53,147 nucleotides of DNA, taken from positions 1 through 53,147 of IMG/VR virus record IMGVR_UViG_3300006793_000044; one strand, given 5' to 3'. The stretch is from a virus. Taxonomy: Duplodnaviria; Caudoviricetes. Below, piece after piece: positions 1-9,764 of this stretch. Made by a program: the position numbers and the translations under genes. The notes under the pieces were generated by a model. That model was not told where the DNA came from. It was given only the letters and a program-made list of their open reading frames with translations, and made no database searches. How positions within the stretch are numbered: position 1 is the first letter of the stretch; each line of letters opens with the position of its first letter.

Positions 1-906
1 GATGGCAGTGACTCTATATTTAAAACATATGTAAATGGCACATTGTCTGCAACTTCTACATTTGCGATGACAACAATTTATTATGCCAGCCAATCAACTT
101 ACATTATGAATTACGGGCCTATTGCTGAGAGACCAACGGGTTACTTGTGTGATTTTAAATTGGTTAATGGTACTGCGACAGCCCCTAACAGTTCAAACCC
201 AACGGCCCCTGCAACAAATACAACCAACACCAAGCTATTGCTAAACATGGCAGATGGACAGGCGATTGACAGTGCTGCACAGAATAATCTGACGTTGGTT
301 GGTACTGCTAAAACTAGCACTGCTCAAAAACTATATGGTACTGCGTCACTACTGCTGGATGGTAATAGTGATTTAGTAACATTGCCAGCAGACGTAGGTA
401 GGTTTTCTGCGAGTAACGCACCACTAGATTTTACAATAGAGCTTGCATTTAGACTTGCCGCCAATGTTGGTGGCACACCCAATTCTATAATTGCTCGCTG
501 GGAAACTAGCGGTGATAATCGTAGTTGGATGGTGCGTATGGATAATGTTAGTTCAGAAAATAAAATGAAGTTTTTTGACAGTTCTACTGGAAGCAACTAT
601 GCTTCTACAACTTTTTCCACTGCATTTAGCAGCGAAACTTGGTATCAAATAGCTCTCGTTAGTACCTCTGGAGCCGTCAAACTTTACGTCAACGGCACTG
701 CCGACAGTACAACTCATACTTGGACAACAGGTGTTTTTAACGCTCCTTACGATTCTACTGCTTTATTAAGTATTGGGGCTAATGTGCCAAGCAACCCAGA
801 TAATTTTTTCAACGGTAATATTGATGAGGTAAGACTGAGCAAGTTTGCCCGTTACACCAGTAATTACACAGCACCGACAGAACCATTTGCAGACAAAGGA
901 CAATAG
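1..906 (+). CDS. Tail fibre/receptor-binding protein, C-terminal part with LamG/concanavalin-A-like domain (5' truncated)
   Basis: Frame open from base 1; LamG-like motifs DFTIE, WYQIALV, LYVNG, FNGNIDEVRLS. Confidence 0.8.
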   Translation, partial: DGSDSIFKTYVNGTLSATSTFAMTTIYYASQSTYIMNYGPIAERPTGYLCDFKLVNGTATAPNSSNPTAPATNTTNTKLLLNMADGQAIDSAAQNNLTLVGTAKTSTAQKLYGTASLLLDGNSDLVTLPADVGRFSASNAPLDFTIELAFRLAANVGGTPNSIIARWETSGDNRSWMVRMDNVSSENKMKFFDSSTGSNYASTTFSTAFSSETWYQIALVSTSGAVKLYVNGTADSTTHTWTTGVFNAPYDSTALLSIGANVPSNPDNFFNGNIDEVRLSKFARYTSNYTAPTEPFADKGQ

Positions 907-908
907 AC

Positions 909-1397
909 ATGAAGATAGCAAAACTAGAAGGCAGTAACATAGGTGAGATAGCAGACCACAAGTCTCTGTTTCCCAACACTAGCTTTCCCAAGTCTGGACC
1001 TGATGCTGATTGGCTTGCGGCTAATAGCTGTGCCGAAGTGGTGGTGTTCTTAGCTTATGACTCAGCCACACAGAAGAACGAGAGTGTAACACCATATCTG
1101 CAGGACGGTAAAGTATATACACGCCGTGTAACGGACATGACTACTGATGAACGTGCTGCTGTAGTCACTGCTGCTAATGTTGAAGTAGCTAGACTTAACA
1201 GAGCAGAAAGAGATAAACGTCTAGCTAGTTGTGATTGGGTTGTAACAAAAGCACTAGAAGCTGGTGGCTCTGTACCGTCTGCATGGGTAACTTACCGTAC
1301 AGCACTGCGTGATATTACTACACACTCTAACTGGCCTAATTTAGTGTATCCAGATATGGACGGTACGGGCGGCGATTGGCCTAATATTCCCAGTTAA
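909..1397 (+). CDS. Tail fibre assembly chaperone-like protein
   Basis: C-terminal RDKRLASCDW...WVTYRTALRDI...WP pattern; follows fibre gene. Confidence 0.7.
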   Translation: MKIAKLEGSNIGEIADHKSLFPNTSFPKSGPDADWLAANSCAEVVVFLAYDSATQKNESVTPYLQDGKVYTRRVTDMTTDERAAVVTAANVEVARLNRAERDKRLASCDWVVTKALEAGGSVPSAWVTYRTALRDITTHSNWPNLVYPDMDGTGGDWPNIPS

Positions 1398-1401
1398 CCC
1401 C

Positions 1402-1428
1402 TTGCTTTAATCATCTATGTGGTATAAT
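1402..1428 (+). promoter_or_regulatory. Sigma70-type promoter (extended -10)
   Basis: TTGCTT then TG-g-TATAAT at 1420-1428, upstream of ORF 1465. Confidence 0.55.
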
Positions 1429-1464
1429 ATTACCCCATAGCAACAATCAAAAATCCCCACACAT

Positions 1465-1908
1465 ATGAATAACTTATACCTGCTAAACCCGGCAGATGTT
1501 TTGGCTCAATGGCCCATAATAAAACCACATATAGATAGCGCCCTTGCCCACTCCGTGGGCGAAATAAACACCTTCCAATTGTTTCAGAAAGTGATGTCTG
1601 GGCATATCCATATATGGGTTTATCTGGATGAGAATACGCAGATTACAGCCGTTCTAAGCACCAGATTTCTGCAATACGAAAACCGCAAATCTTTGCAAAT
1701 AATGACTTGCGGCGGTGCAGTAGAAGATTGGGATATCTGGCTAGATCACAATTACGTTTTTGAGAATTTCTGCAAGAACAACGGCTGCTCATCCATACAA
1801 ATTTGGGGCCGCAAAGGATGGGGCCGCAAGCTGGCTAAAGTGACCAGCCAGACAGGCAAATCCTACAAATCCTTATATTATGTCTACGACATGGAGATCG
1901 ACAAATGA
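1465..1908 (+). CDS. Conserved phage protein, possible GNAT-like fold
   Basis: ORF with GC..I...GRKGW motif seen in podovirus morphogenesis regions. Confidence 0.5.
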   Translation: MNNLYLLNPADVLAQWPIIKPHIDSALAHSVGEINTFQLFQKVMSGHIHIWVYLDENTQITAVLSTRFLQYENRKSLQIMTCGGAVEDWDIWLDHNYVFENFCKNNGCSSIQIWGRKGWGRKLAKVTSQTGKSYKSLYYVYDMEIDK

Positions 1909-3251
1909 CACTAACTAATCCGTTTGGTATTGAGCGCTACCTACACCCACGGCAATCGGGTATAATCGTATATAAAGGTGGCGGGGGAGCTCCTGCGCCA
2001 GTAACGCCACCCGCCCCTGTTGTTAATGTGGATGGCGGTCTTACAGACGAGCAATACCAAAACCTTATGGGGGGCATAGGCTCTCCAACAATCGCAGGAG
2101 TTGATGGTGCTGACCCTACAGCCGCAACAGGGCTGTACAATGAAGCCGCAACAATCGGAACCAACATGGACACCGGGTTTGCTGGGGTAAATACAAATAT
2201 CACAGACAGTATAGCTGGTGTTAATACAGGCGTTAATACAGGCTTTGCTGATCTTACCACCTTACTTGATCAATACAAAACTGACCAAACTAACCAATTC
2301 GGCGCAGTAAATACTGCAATGGCTGACAATACAGCGAACATAAATACTGGCCTTGGAACGCTGCAGACAAGCCAAGATGCTGGGTTCAACAACATGGGCA
2401 CCCGTTTTGATACCGTAGATACTGCAGGAGCTAATTTGCAGACCGCTGTTGATACTGGTTTCCAAGACACCGCTGCAACTTTGTCCAATACAAACGCCAA
2501 TATTAATACCGGCTTTGCGGATGCTAATACCGCTATGGCCGGGGGCTTTGCAGACACACAGGCAGGGATTACTAGCGCTGCTGACGCAGCTAGCACCCAG
2601 CTGAGTGGTGTTTCTGATGATGTGATGGCTGGTCAGAGAGGTCTGGCCACGGATCTAGGTACAATGTCTGCTAATCAAGATATTTATGCTGGATCTGTAC
2701 TTGGTAACCAAGAAGCACTTGCTGGTACACAGGATACATTCCAGAGCAACTTCGATGATTATGTTGAGCGCTACAGCGATGACACCCGTTTAGCTCAAGA
2801 TACCCGCGCAGATATGCAAAGGGCTAATGCTAATGCTAATTTGGCCTTGCGTACTGACATAGGTCAGCAAGCCGACATGGCTAACGTACAGGCAGCGGAA
2901 ACAGCTCGCCGAGTACAGGCTGTACAGATCAATCAAGCTAAAGACTTGGCTATGCAGGTCGCTAATAATGGTGGAGTTGATGCTGGGACACGGCAGAACT
3001 TCGCTAATCTGACTACAAGCTTCGACAACTCAGGGAACTTAATTCCCTCATCTGTCGATGGGGCAGGGAATAGGGTAAATCGAGCGATAGACCAACAAGG
3101 TAATTTGGTCCTGACCTCATTCAACAATCTGGGTCAACCAATTGGTAACCAGAGTATCAATATCGCGCAGTCATTAAGCGTTCTCGAACAGTTAAATAAA
3201 AACAACACTGCGAGTACAGGCTTTGCTGCCCCTTACCTATCAACAGGATAA
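1905..3251 (+). CDS. Putative internal virion/ejection protein with low-complexity TGF repeats
   Basis: A/T/N/Q/G-rich 448 aa ORF with recurring xTGFAD units; YKGGG near N-terminus. Confidence 0.55.
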   Translation: MTLTNPFGIERYLHPRQSGIIVYKGGGGAPAPVTPPAPVVNVDGGLTDEQYQNLMGGIGSPTIAGVDGADPTAATGLYNEAATIGTNMDTGFAGVNTNITDSIAGVNTGVNTGFADLTTLLDQYKTDQTNQFGAVNTAMADNTANINTGLGTLQTSQDAGFNNMGTRFDTVDTAGANLQTAVDTGFQDTAATLSNTNANINTGFADANTAMAGGFADTQAGITSAADAASTQLSGVSDDVMAGQRGLATDLGTMSANQDIYAGSVLGNQEALAGTQDTFQSNFDDYVERYSDDTRLAQDTRADMQRANANANLALRTDIGQQADMANVQAAETARRVQAVQINQAKDLAMQVANNGGVDAGTRQNFANLTTSFDNSGNLIPSSVDGAGNRVNRAIDQQGNLVLTSFNNLGQPIGNQSINIAQSLSVLEQLNKNNTASTGFAAPYLSTG

Positions 3252-3253
3252 AC

Positions 3254-3985
3254 ATGCACCCACAATCGATATCAGCTCAAGGCATCAATTTAGTTAAAAA
3301 GTTTGAGGGTCTGCACCGAGTGCAGCCCGATGGCATGGTTTCGAGTTACCGCTGCCCTGCAGGAAAATACACATGCGGATTTGGGGCCACTAGAGGCGTC
3401 AGATCTGGAACTAAATGGACTAAAGAGTACTGCGAGCAGCGGCTTATAGAAGATCTTAATGAGCACGGCAAAGCTGTTAAACGCCTCGTTAATGTTCCCC
3501 TATCTCAATACCAATATGACGCTCTCACATCTTTCGTTTTTAACCTCGGAGCCGGGGCTTTCAAAAGCTCAACGCTCCTTAAAAAACTAAACAAGGGGCT
3601 ATACGACGAAGTACCAGAGCAGCTAATGCGATGGAACAAAGCTAGGGTAGATGGCAAGCTTACTCCGTTAAATGGGCTTACCCGTAGGCGTTCTGCAGAG
3701 GCTTCCTTGTTCTCCTCAGATGCTGCTTTGCCCTCCGATGAGGGCGGATCAGAAATGCCTCAGAAGGTATCTGCAGCTGCACCTAAATCTTTGGCTAAAT
3801 CTAAGACAATGGCTGGCGCAGGTATTGCTGGAGCTGCCACTGCGATGAACGAGATCTCAGGCCAGCTGCAGGGCTTATTGCCATATGCAGACAGCCTCAA
3901 AGTACTGTTCTTAGTCTGCGCCATAGGCGGCATAGGCCTCGCCGCATACGCACGATTTAAGGACCACTCAGACGGGGTTCACTGA
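3254..3985 (+). CDS. Endolysin (GH24 lysozyme) with C-terminal hydrophobic tail
   Basis: KKFEGL, YRCPAG, QYDALTSFVFNLG, RWNKA, GLTRRRSAE motifs. Confidence 0.9.
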   Translation: MHPQSISAQGINLVKKFEGLHRVQPDGMVSSYRCPAGKYTCGFGATRGVRSGTKWTKEYCEQRLIEDLNEHGKAVKRLVNVPLSQYQYDALTSFVFNLGAGAFKSSTLLKKLNKGLYDEVPEQLMRWNKARVDGKLTPLNGLTRRRSAEASLFSSDAALPSDEGGSEMPQKVSAAAPKSLAKSKTMAGAGIAGAATAMNEISGQLQGLLPYADSLKVLFLVCAIGGIGLAAYARFKDHSDGVH

Positions 3986-4224
3986 TGTTTATATTCGGTA
4001 AGATTAAGATGTACATAATTGCAGCTTTGGCCGCTGCTCTACCGATCATTTACGTGATGGGCCGTTTGGCTGGGGCGAACAAAGAAAAGCAGAAAGTCCT
4101 TAAGGACGATCTACAGGCCGCAAACAAAAAAACTGATTTTTATAAGGCGATGGCTGATCATGAAAAAGATCCTGCTCTTAGTACCCGTGATGGTATCATT
4201 AATCGGGTGCGGAACGGTCTATAG
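3985..4224 (+). CDS. Putative inner-membrane spanin (Rz-like)
   Basis: N-terminal TM helix then charged helical region; after endolysin; overlaps a lipoprotein gene. Confidence 0.55.
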   Translation: MFIFGKIKMYIIAALAAALPIIYVMGRLAGANKEKQKVLKDDLQAANKKTDFYKAMADHEKDPALSTRDGIINRVRNGL

Positions 4225-4405
4225 AACGCAGCTAGAGGCGTATTGCCCAGCTGTTGTTGTCTACTCCGATGAATTTAATACAGGGCTTTCAACTGAGCTC
4301 GATAGCCTACCGCGCCAGAGCACTTACGTGCTCACGGCGGTAGGGGATTATATAGCGCTGCGCGATGAGCTCGCTGTCTGTGCGAGCGAAAGGGAGAAGC
4401 TCTGA
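4160..4405 (+). CDS. Putative outer-membrane spanin lipoprotein (Rz1-like)
   Basis: Signal peptide MKKILLLVPVMVS with lipobox LIGC; overlaps preceding gene in another frame. Confidence 0.65.
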   Translation: MKKILLLVPVMVSLIGCGTVYRTQLEAYCPAVVVYSDEFNTGLSTELDSLPRQSTYVLTAVGDYIALRDELAVCASEREKL

Positions 4406-6387
4406 TGTCTAACGCTGACACGAATACAGAAAAACAAAGCATTGGGGATAGAGTTGGGGCTGCTGTAAGTAAAGCCAAGGAAGACTTTAGTAATTGGCAA
4501 AATAGTAATCTAGAAAAAGCTAAAGAACAGGGGGCTTCTGGGTGGGCGGATTACCACAGTGGTCGTTCAATGAACGAAAAGGGGGAGCTAGTATACGGCT
4601 TAAATACTGGTGGAGATGATGGTCCTGCAGCTGGGCTCGTAAGTGCCCCAGCCCCTGCAGCTCCTGTCTTAACCAGATCCCCCGGTAACGTCAGCGCTGC
4701 AGACATTCTCAAGATGGCTGAAACCGCTGGACTTGTGAAATCCCAAGAGGACATGGAAGCCATTGTCGCAGATCCAAATGGCTTTTTATCCACTCGGGGT
4801 ATGACCATTACCGATCTAATCCCGTCTATGGATCCGAATGCCACTGGCACAAATCTAAACCCATACGACACACGATATGACCTCGGCACCGATCCTACCC
4901 TGACCACAGCTACGGTTGATGATGTGAACGCTGTTTCTGGAGTTACGAATCCAGGGGCGCAAACTTACACAGGGTCAACAGTTACAGGGAAATTAGATGC
5001 AAGCACTAAGGTAAATGCTGAGACAGGAACCATCGATGACGATAATCTTGTTAATACTAGCGATATTGAGATTGATGTAGCGGCAGAGGCCGAAGGCACA
5101 GGCGTACTGGGTAACTCTCTGAATGATTTTGCCACCCAAAACATCTCCACAATTATCGATACATCCACGCCAGCTGGTAAGCTGCTAGCTGAAAAGCTTG
5201 GTGAGGGCGGTTACACCGACCACAAAGCAACTATTCTAGGGCAGATGGATATTATTTCTGCTGAGTTTAAGGACAGCAACGGTAATCCAAAAATACCGCC
5301 TTGGGCACAAGCAATGGTCAGAGAGACCGAGAAGACTATTGCTTTTAGTGGCATTACTGGGACAGCGGCAACCGCTGCCTATGCAAATGCTGTGATGGAA
5401 GCAACCTTGGGCGTGGCTGATAAAGAGGCTGCTTTTTTCCAAACAATAACTACTAAGAACCTCGACAATCGCCAAGAAGGCATCATTAACAAAGCAAAGA
5501 TCCTAGCTAATTTTGAGCTGGGAAATCTTAACGCTCGAGAGACAGCGGCGGTCACAAACGCTAAAGCTTTTTTGGAGATGGATTTAAAAAACCTGACCAA
5601 TGAGCAGCAAGCCGAGGTTGTTAATAAACAGGCAGTCGTACAAGCTCTTTTTGAAGATCAAAAGGTTATGAACAGCCAACGGTTATTTACGGCAGAAAGC
5701 CGAAACGAGATGGCCAAGTTCTATGATGAGCTAAACTCAGCAATCGCTCGGCACAACTCCACAGAAATGAATACTTTAGCTAAGTTTAACGCTGGGGAAA
5801 CTAATACTGTTGGTCAGTTTAATGCTGAAATGTCAGATAGCCGAGACCGTTTTTACAGCGAAATGCAGTACAACATCGATGTCGCAAATGCCAAATGGAG
5901 ACAAACAGTCGAGACTACTGACACAGCTATGATGTTCGAGGCTGTCGGGCAAGACGTTAAGAACGCTCTCGATATCTCTACAGAGGCGCAAAACAGGCTG
6001 TGGGACAGCGTAGATAATCTTTTGGACTACATCTTCAAAGGCGCTGACAATGAGGCAAACAGAGACGCTGAAATTTTAGCTGCTCAAATCAGAGCTCAAG
6101 CTGGCAGCGGAAGCAGCTCAGATGGTAAGTGGGGAGCCTTTGGGAAAATAACGGCTGCAATAATTGCTAGTGATATGCGTCTTAAAGAAAACATCGAGCA
6201 CTTAGAAACTGTGGACGGTATCAGGTACTATACTTGGGATTGGAACGCTGAAGCTAAGCGCGTGGGTTTAAACACCGGGCCCACCTTCGGCGTGATGGCC
6301 CAAGAGGTCCAGAAAACCCACCCAGATGCAGTAGTGCAAGGCCCACAGGGATACTTGCTGGTAAATTACAGAGCGCTGCCTAAGTGA
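4405..6387 (+). CDS. Virion protein with C-terminal peptidase S74/intramolecular chaperone domain
   Basis: SDMRLKENI...Y.W.W...GVMAQEV signature. Confidence 0.75.
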   Translation: MSNADTNTEKQSIGDRVGAAVSKAKEDFSNWQNSNLEKAKEQGASGWADYHSGRSMNEKGELVYGLNTGGDDGPAAGLVSAPAPAAPVLTRSPGNVSAADILKMAETAGLVKSQEDMEAIVADPNGFLSTRGMTITDLIPSMDPNATGTNLNPYDTRYDLGTDPTLTTATVDDVNAVSGVTNPGAQTYTGSTVTGKLDASTKVNAETGTIDDDNLVNTSDIEIDVAAEAEGTGVLGNSLNDFATQNISTIIDTSTPAGKLLAEKLGEGGYTDHKATILGQMDIISAEFKDSNGNPKIPPWAQAMVRETEKTIAFSGITGTAATAAYANAVMEATLGVADKEAAFFQTITTKNLDNRQEGIINKAKILANFELGNLNARETAAVTNAKAFLEMDLKNLTNEQQAEVVNKQAVVQALFEDQKVMNSQRLFTAESRNEMAKFYDELNSAIARHNSTEMNTLAKFNAGETNTVGQFNAEMSDSRDRFYSEMQYNIDVANAKWRQTVETTDTAMMFEAVGQDVKNALDISTEAQNRLWDSVDNLLDYIFKGADNEANRDAEILAAQIRAQAGSGSSSDGKWGAFGKITAAIIASDMRLKENIEHLETVDGIRYYTWDWNAEAKRVGLNTGPTFGVMAQEVQKTHPDAVVQGPQGYLLVNYRALPK

Positions 6388-6504
6388 GCTCAGACACAGT
6401 AATACCCTTTCCCCAGCAAAGTGCTGTTGACCGCCAGTTCAGAGAACTAGAGCGGCAACGCGAGATAATTAGACAGCAAGCGCAATTAATAGCGGAGCGT
6501 AAAA

Positions 6505-6702
6505 ATGAAGTTTGAAGACGCCATTAAAAAATCCATCAAAGGGTTTATAGAAGGCAAGGTGCCCCGCAACATTGCAGAGATGTCTGAAGAAGGGTTGATG
6601 TATACGCCCGAGTATATGGACAAGCTTGAAGAGGCGATGATGGCAGAGCCAGAGGCTGCTGATCCAACTGAACAGGAGATGCTTGATGCAGAAGCTCAGT
6701 AG
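6505..6702 (+). CDS. Hypothetical acidic protein
   Basis: ORF with GGAG RBS, coupled to next gene. Confidence 0.55.
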   Translation: MKFEDAIKKSIKGFIEGKVPRNIAEMSEEGLMYTPEYMDKLEEAMMAEPEAADPTEQEMLDAEAQ

Positions 6703-7252
6703 CCCAATCCCCGGAGCCAACTATACAACAGACACCCGCAATTACGGCTGGCATAGGCCCCCGGACATTGTGGAGTACGATGAAGGCGTTGAGTACTTTA
6801 TTACTAAGATGGATGAGCCCCGGGAGACTGACCTTATTATGTCTCTGATAGATCTAGAGACACCAATCACAGTTATAACTGCTAGCCTAATGCTGCAGGG
6901 CATCAGCCGGGGTAAGATTCCCATTGACCTCGCCATACTCATGGCGGGGCCTGTGGCTCGATATATTGAAATTATGGCTAAGTCTGAGGGAAAAACCTAC
7001 GAGATGGGTGCTAGTGATAAAGACCGTGTGTCGATCACTCCAACATCATTAAAAATGGCACTTGGCCTAGTGGACGCTGAAGACGCAACACCAGCGCCAG
7101 AAGCTGTTGAGCAGACGATTGAGGAACCGCCAGAAGGCGGTCTCATGGCAATGCCAGAAGAGCCCTTAGTAGCATCTGAAGACGAACAACAATCCATGCT
7201 CGGCATGGATGAGGAGCCTGTTGAAGAGGAGATGGCCGATGGGATGGCGTGA
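6683..7252 (+). CDS. Conserved phage structural-region protein
   Basis: PIPG..T...WHRPP motif; acidic C-terminal tail. Confidence 0.65.
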   Translation: MMQKLSSPIPGANYTTDTRNYGWHRPPDIVEYDEGVEYFITKMDEPRETDLIMSLIDLETPITVITASLMLQGISRGKIPIDLAILMAGPVARYIEIMAKSEGKTYEMGASDKDRVSITPTSLKMALGLVDAEDATPAPEAVEQTIEEPPEGGLMAMPEEPLVASEDEQQSMLGMDEEPVEEEMADGMA

Positions 7253-9764
7253 TGTACAGGCTGGAGTAGCCAGCGGTAGAATTAATTACGCTCAGAAGCC
7301 TGACAAATTTGGCAGCTTCATGGAGGGCTTTGCCTCTGTGTATGCGCCGATGATGAGTAAAAAACAGGACGCTAAGCTCAAGGCAGACGCAGCGGCGAAA
7401 AAAGACGAGAAAGAAGAAAAAACTCGTTTAAAACTGAAGCGCGAGGAGCAAGAAGAAGAGAACGCCCTTTACCTTAAACAGGCCCAACAGATTGCCCGGA
7501 ACGTAGGTTTTGAGGGGGATGCCGGTACGATCAACTATATGTTTAATCAGCTAGTGACGTTTAAAGGGGACGCCACAAAAGTTGAAACAAACTATCAGAC
7601 AGGGGTAGAACAAAACCGCATTTCTAGAAATGTTGAAGAGTTTGCTGGCCCAGTTATACCAAATATCCCGCGTTCCGACATGCCCGAAATGGATAGACTT
7701 GTCCAAGGTGAATCTGCCGGGGACATCGATGCAACCCTGATTGGTCAAAAAGACGGTAAGAAAACTTTCTTTAAGACAGACAAACCTGTGTCTGAGATGA
7801 CCATGCCAGAAATTCTAAAGCTTGTTGAAAGAAATGGAGATTATTTTAATTGGTCTAAGAATAATATGCCCCCGGATACGGAAGCTTTTGCAATGGGTTT
7901 GGCGAGTACTCCCGTTGGTAAATACCAATTTGTAGGCAGTACGCTGCGTAGTTTTCTTGGTACAGACAGTAATGGTAAGGATAAGCTTTTTAATAGATTA
8001 GGCTTTACTAAGAGTACCGTATTTGATGAAAAAACTCAGGATAAATTATTTATAGCCTACGCGCAAGACAGGCTTGCAGGGGTCCGGGGCACACCCGGGG
8101 CGACACCAAAAACAATTAAACGCCTCGAGCGTAGAATCCTGAGAAAAACTTGGGAGTTTTTAGACAGGCAAGATAATGAGGGCAATTACCTGACCTCAGA
8201 TGAAGATGTCGATAAGCTTATTGCAGAGATCGATACAGGAACAGCAGACAAAACCATTGATAATATTAGCAACAGCCAAGCGTTTAAAGAATGGGCTGCT
8301 GGGGATAAATCTCAGCCCTTCGAGGGCACTGAAGGCGGCTATCAAGAAAACGTGGTCACGCTGGAACCAATGAAACCAGCTGGGTTTCCTCTCAATTTTA
8401 AAGACATTAAAACTCCGGATGATGCAGACAGGCTGATTGCAACGATTGAGGCTGATAATACCATTGGGGAAGTAGAAAAGAATAAAGCTCTTGCCCAAGT
8501 GCAAGAGTTTGTGAAAACGCTGGACGTATTCGATTTTGCAGAGTTTACGGAAGAAAACCGTATTACAGATGCAAATAAAGCAGAGGCCGCTATACTTACT
8601 TTGCAGAATAATAAAAGCATTCCTGCAGACGATCTTGATGGTTATGTCGAGCAGCTCACTGAGATGGCATTTAAATTCAATAGAGCAGCTGTGAAAAAGG
8701 CTGAGGCTGCTAAAGATCCCATAGCTTACTTCCCTGTCGGAGATAATGGTTTAGTAGACTTGGGCTCTCAAATGCTCATCAGAAAAGGCACTCGACAGGT
8801 AGCCAAAGAAGGCGGCGATGAAGGTGAGATGGTTACCGAAGAAGTGTGGGTAAATCATTTAACTGGTGAAGTAGTTGAGGATGTAGATACGGGCCGTGTA
8901 TTTGCTGAAGGCGAAGCTGCCACAATGATTAAGTTGTACAACGAGCCTATTTCAAAAGCATCTGAGATAGTCCAAGAAGGCATTGGCGTTATAGATAATT
9001 TACTGGAATATCGTCGGTTAGTTACTGAAAACCCTACAGTGATGAACACTTACTTAACAGCTGTAGGTAACCTTAATACGCAATTTAACGAGTTCGGTAC
9101 GGCTCTGAAAACAGCGTTTGGCAATGCGGGTTCAAGTGGCGTTACCTATCAGGAGTACGAAAGCTTAGCTACTCCCATGTTTGAAGCGCTAGGTGCGCCC
9201 TTAAATAAAAAACTGTTTGCTCTGCAGTTACGTGCTGCATACGATCAGGCCCGTTTAATGGGATCTAGTGGCCAAGGACTATCAGATAGAGAATTAGGAC
9301 TTAACTTGATAAGTGTTGGGGAAGGACTGACTCCAAAGCAAGCTCTGATACAAATAAACAGTATGCTTAGCCGCACTCTTACTACTGTTGAAAATCAGCG
9401 TAACGGTAAGATTGGTTCTATTATCGCCCAGAGAAAACTGACTGAAGGGTTACAGGCATACCCTTATGGACAAAACTTCAAAACTGACTACGCAGTAAAA
9501 GCGTTTACTACAGAAGACGGTAGTAACTACACCCCAAAGAAAGCGCAGCAATTTACAGACGCACTTGAAGGCAAAACTGAGTTGAACGCAATAAGTGAAA
9601 CTGAAGAACCTCCAACGCAGACTTTAGAAGTAACAGAAGACACGTTAACATCTCTAAACGAACTTCCAGAAATGGTGGAAAAGCTAAGGCCCTTTCTAGG
9701 AAAAACCGTCGAAATCTTTAGGGACGAAGCTGGCCAAATTCAATACAGAGAGGTTACTGAGTAA
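7239..9764 (+). CDS. Internal virion protein with lysozyme-like (lambda/GH104-type) domain
   Basis: STPVGKYQFVGSTL...FDEKTQDKL motif; start moved to ATG 7239 after GAGGAG. Confidence 0.7.
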   Translation: MGWRDVQAGVASGRINYAQKPDKFGSFMEGFASVYAPMMSKKQDAKLKADAAAKKDEKEEKTRLKLKREEQEEENALYLKQAQQIARNVGFEGDAGTINYMFNQLVTFKGDATKVETNYQTGVEQNRISRNVEEFAGPVIPNIPRSDMPEMDRLVQGESAGDIDATLIGQKDGKKTFFKTDKPVSEMTMPEILKLVERNGDYFNWSKNNMPPDTEAFAMGLASTPVGKYQFVGSTLRSFLGTDSNGKDKLFNRLGFTKSTVFDEKTQDKLFIAYAQDRLAGVRGTPGATPKTIKRLERRILRKTWEFLDRQDNEGNYLTSDEDVDKLIAEIDTGTADKTIDNISNSQAFKEWAAGDKSQPFEGTEGGYQENVVTLEPMKPAGFPLNFKDIKTPDDADRLIATIEADNTIGEVEKNKALAQVQEFVKTLDVFDFAEFTEENRITDANKAEAAILTLQNNKSIPADDLDGYVEQLTEMAFKFNRAAVKKAEAAKDPIAYFPVGDNGLVDLGSQMLIRKGTRQVAKEGGDEGEMVTEEVWVNHLTGEVVEDVDTGRVFAEGEAATMIKLYNEPISKASEIVQEGIGVIDNLLEYRRLVTENPTVMNTYLTAVGNLNTQFNEFGTALKTAFGNAGSSGVTYQEYESLATPMFEALGAPLNKKLFALQLRAAYDQARLMGSSGQGLSDRELGLNLISVGEGLTPKQALIQINSMLSRTLTTVENQRNGKIGSIIAQRKLTEGLQAYPYGQNFKTDYAVKAFTTEDGSNYTPKKAQQFTDALEGKTELNAISETEEPPTQTLEVTEDTLTSLNELPEMVEKLRPFLGKTVEIFRDEAGQIQYREVTE

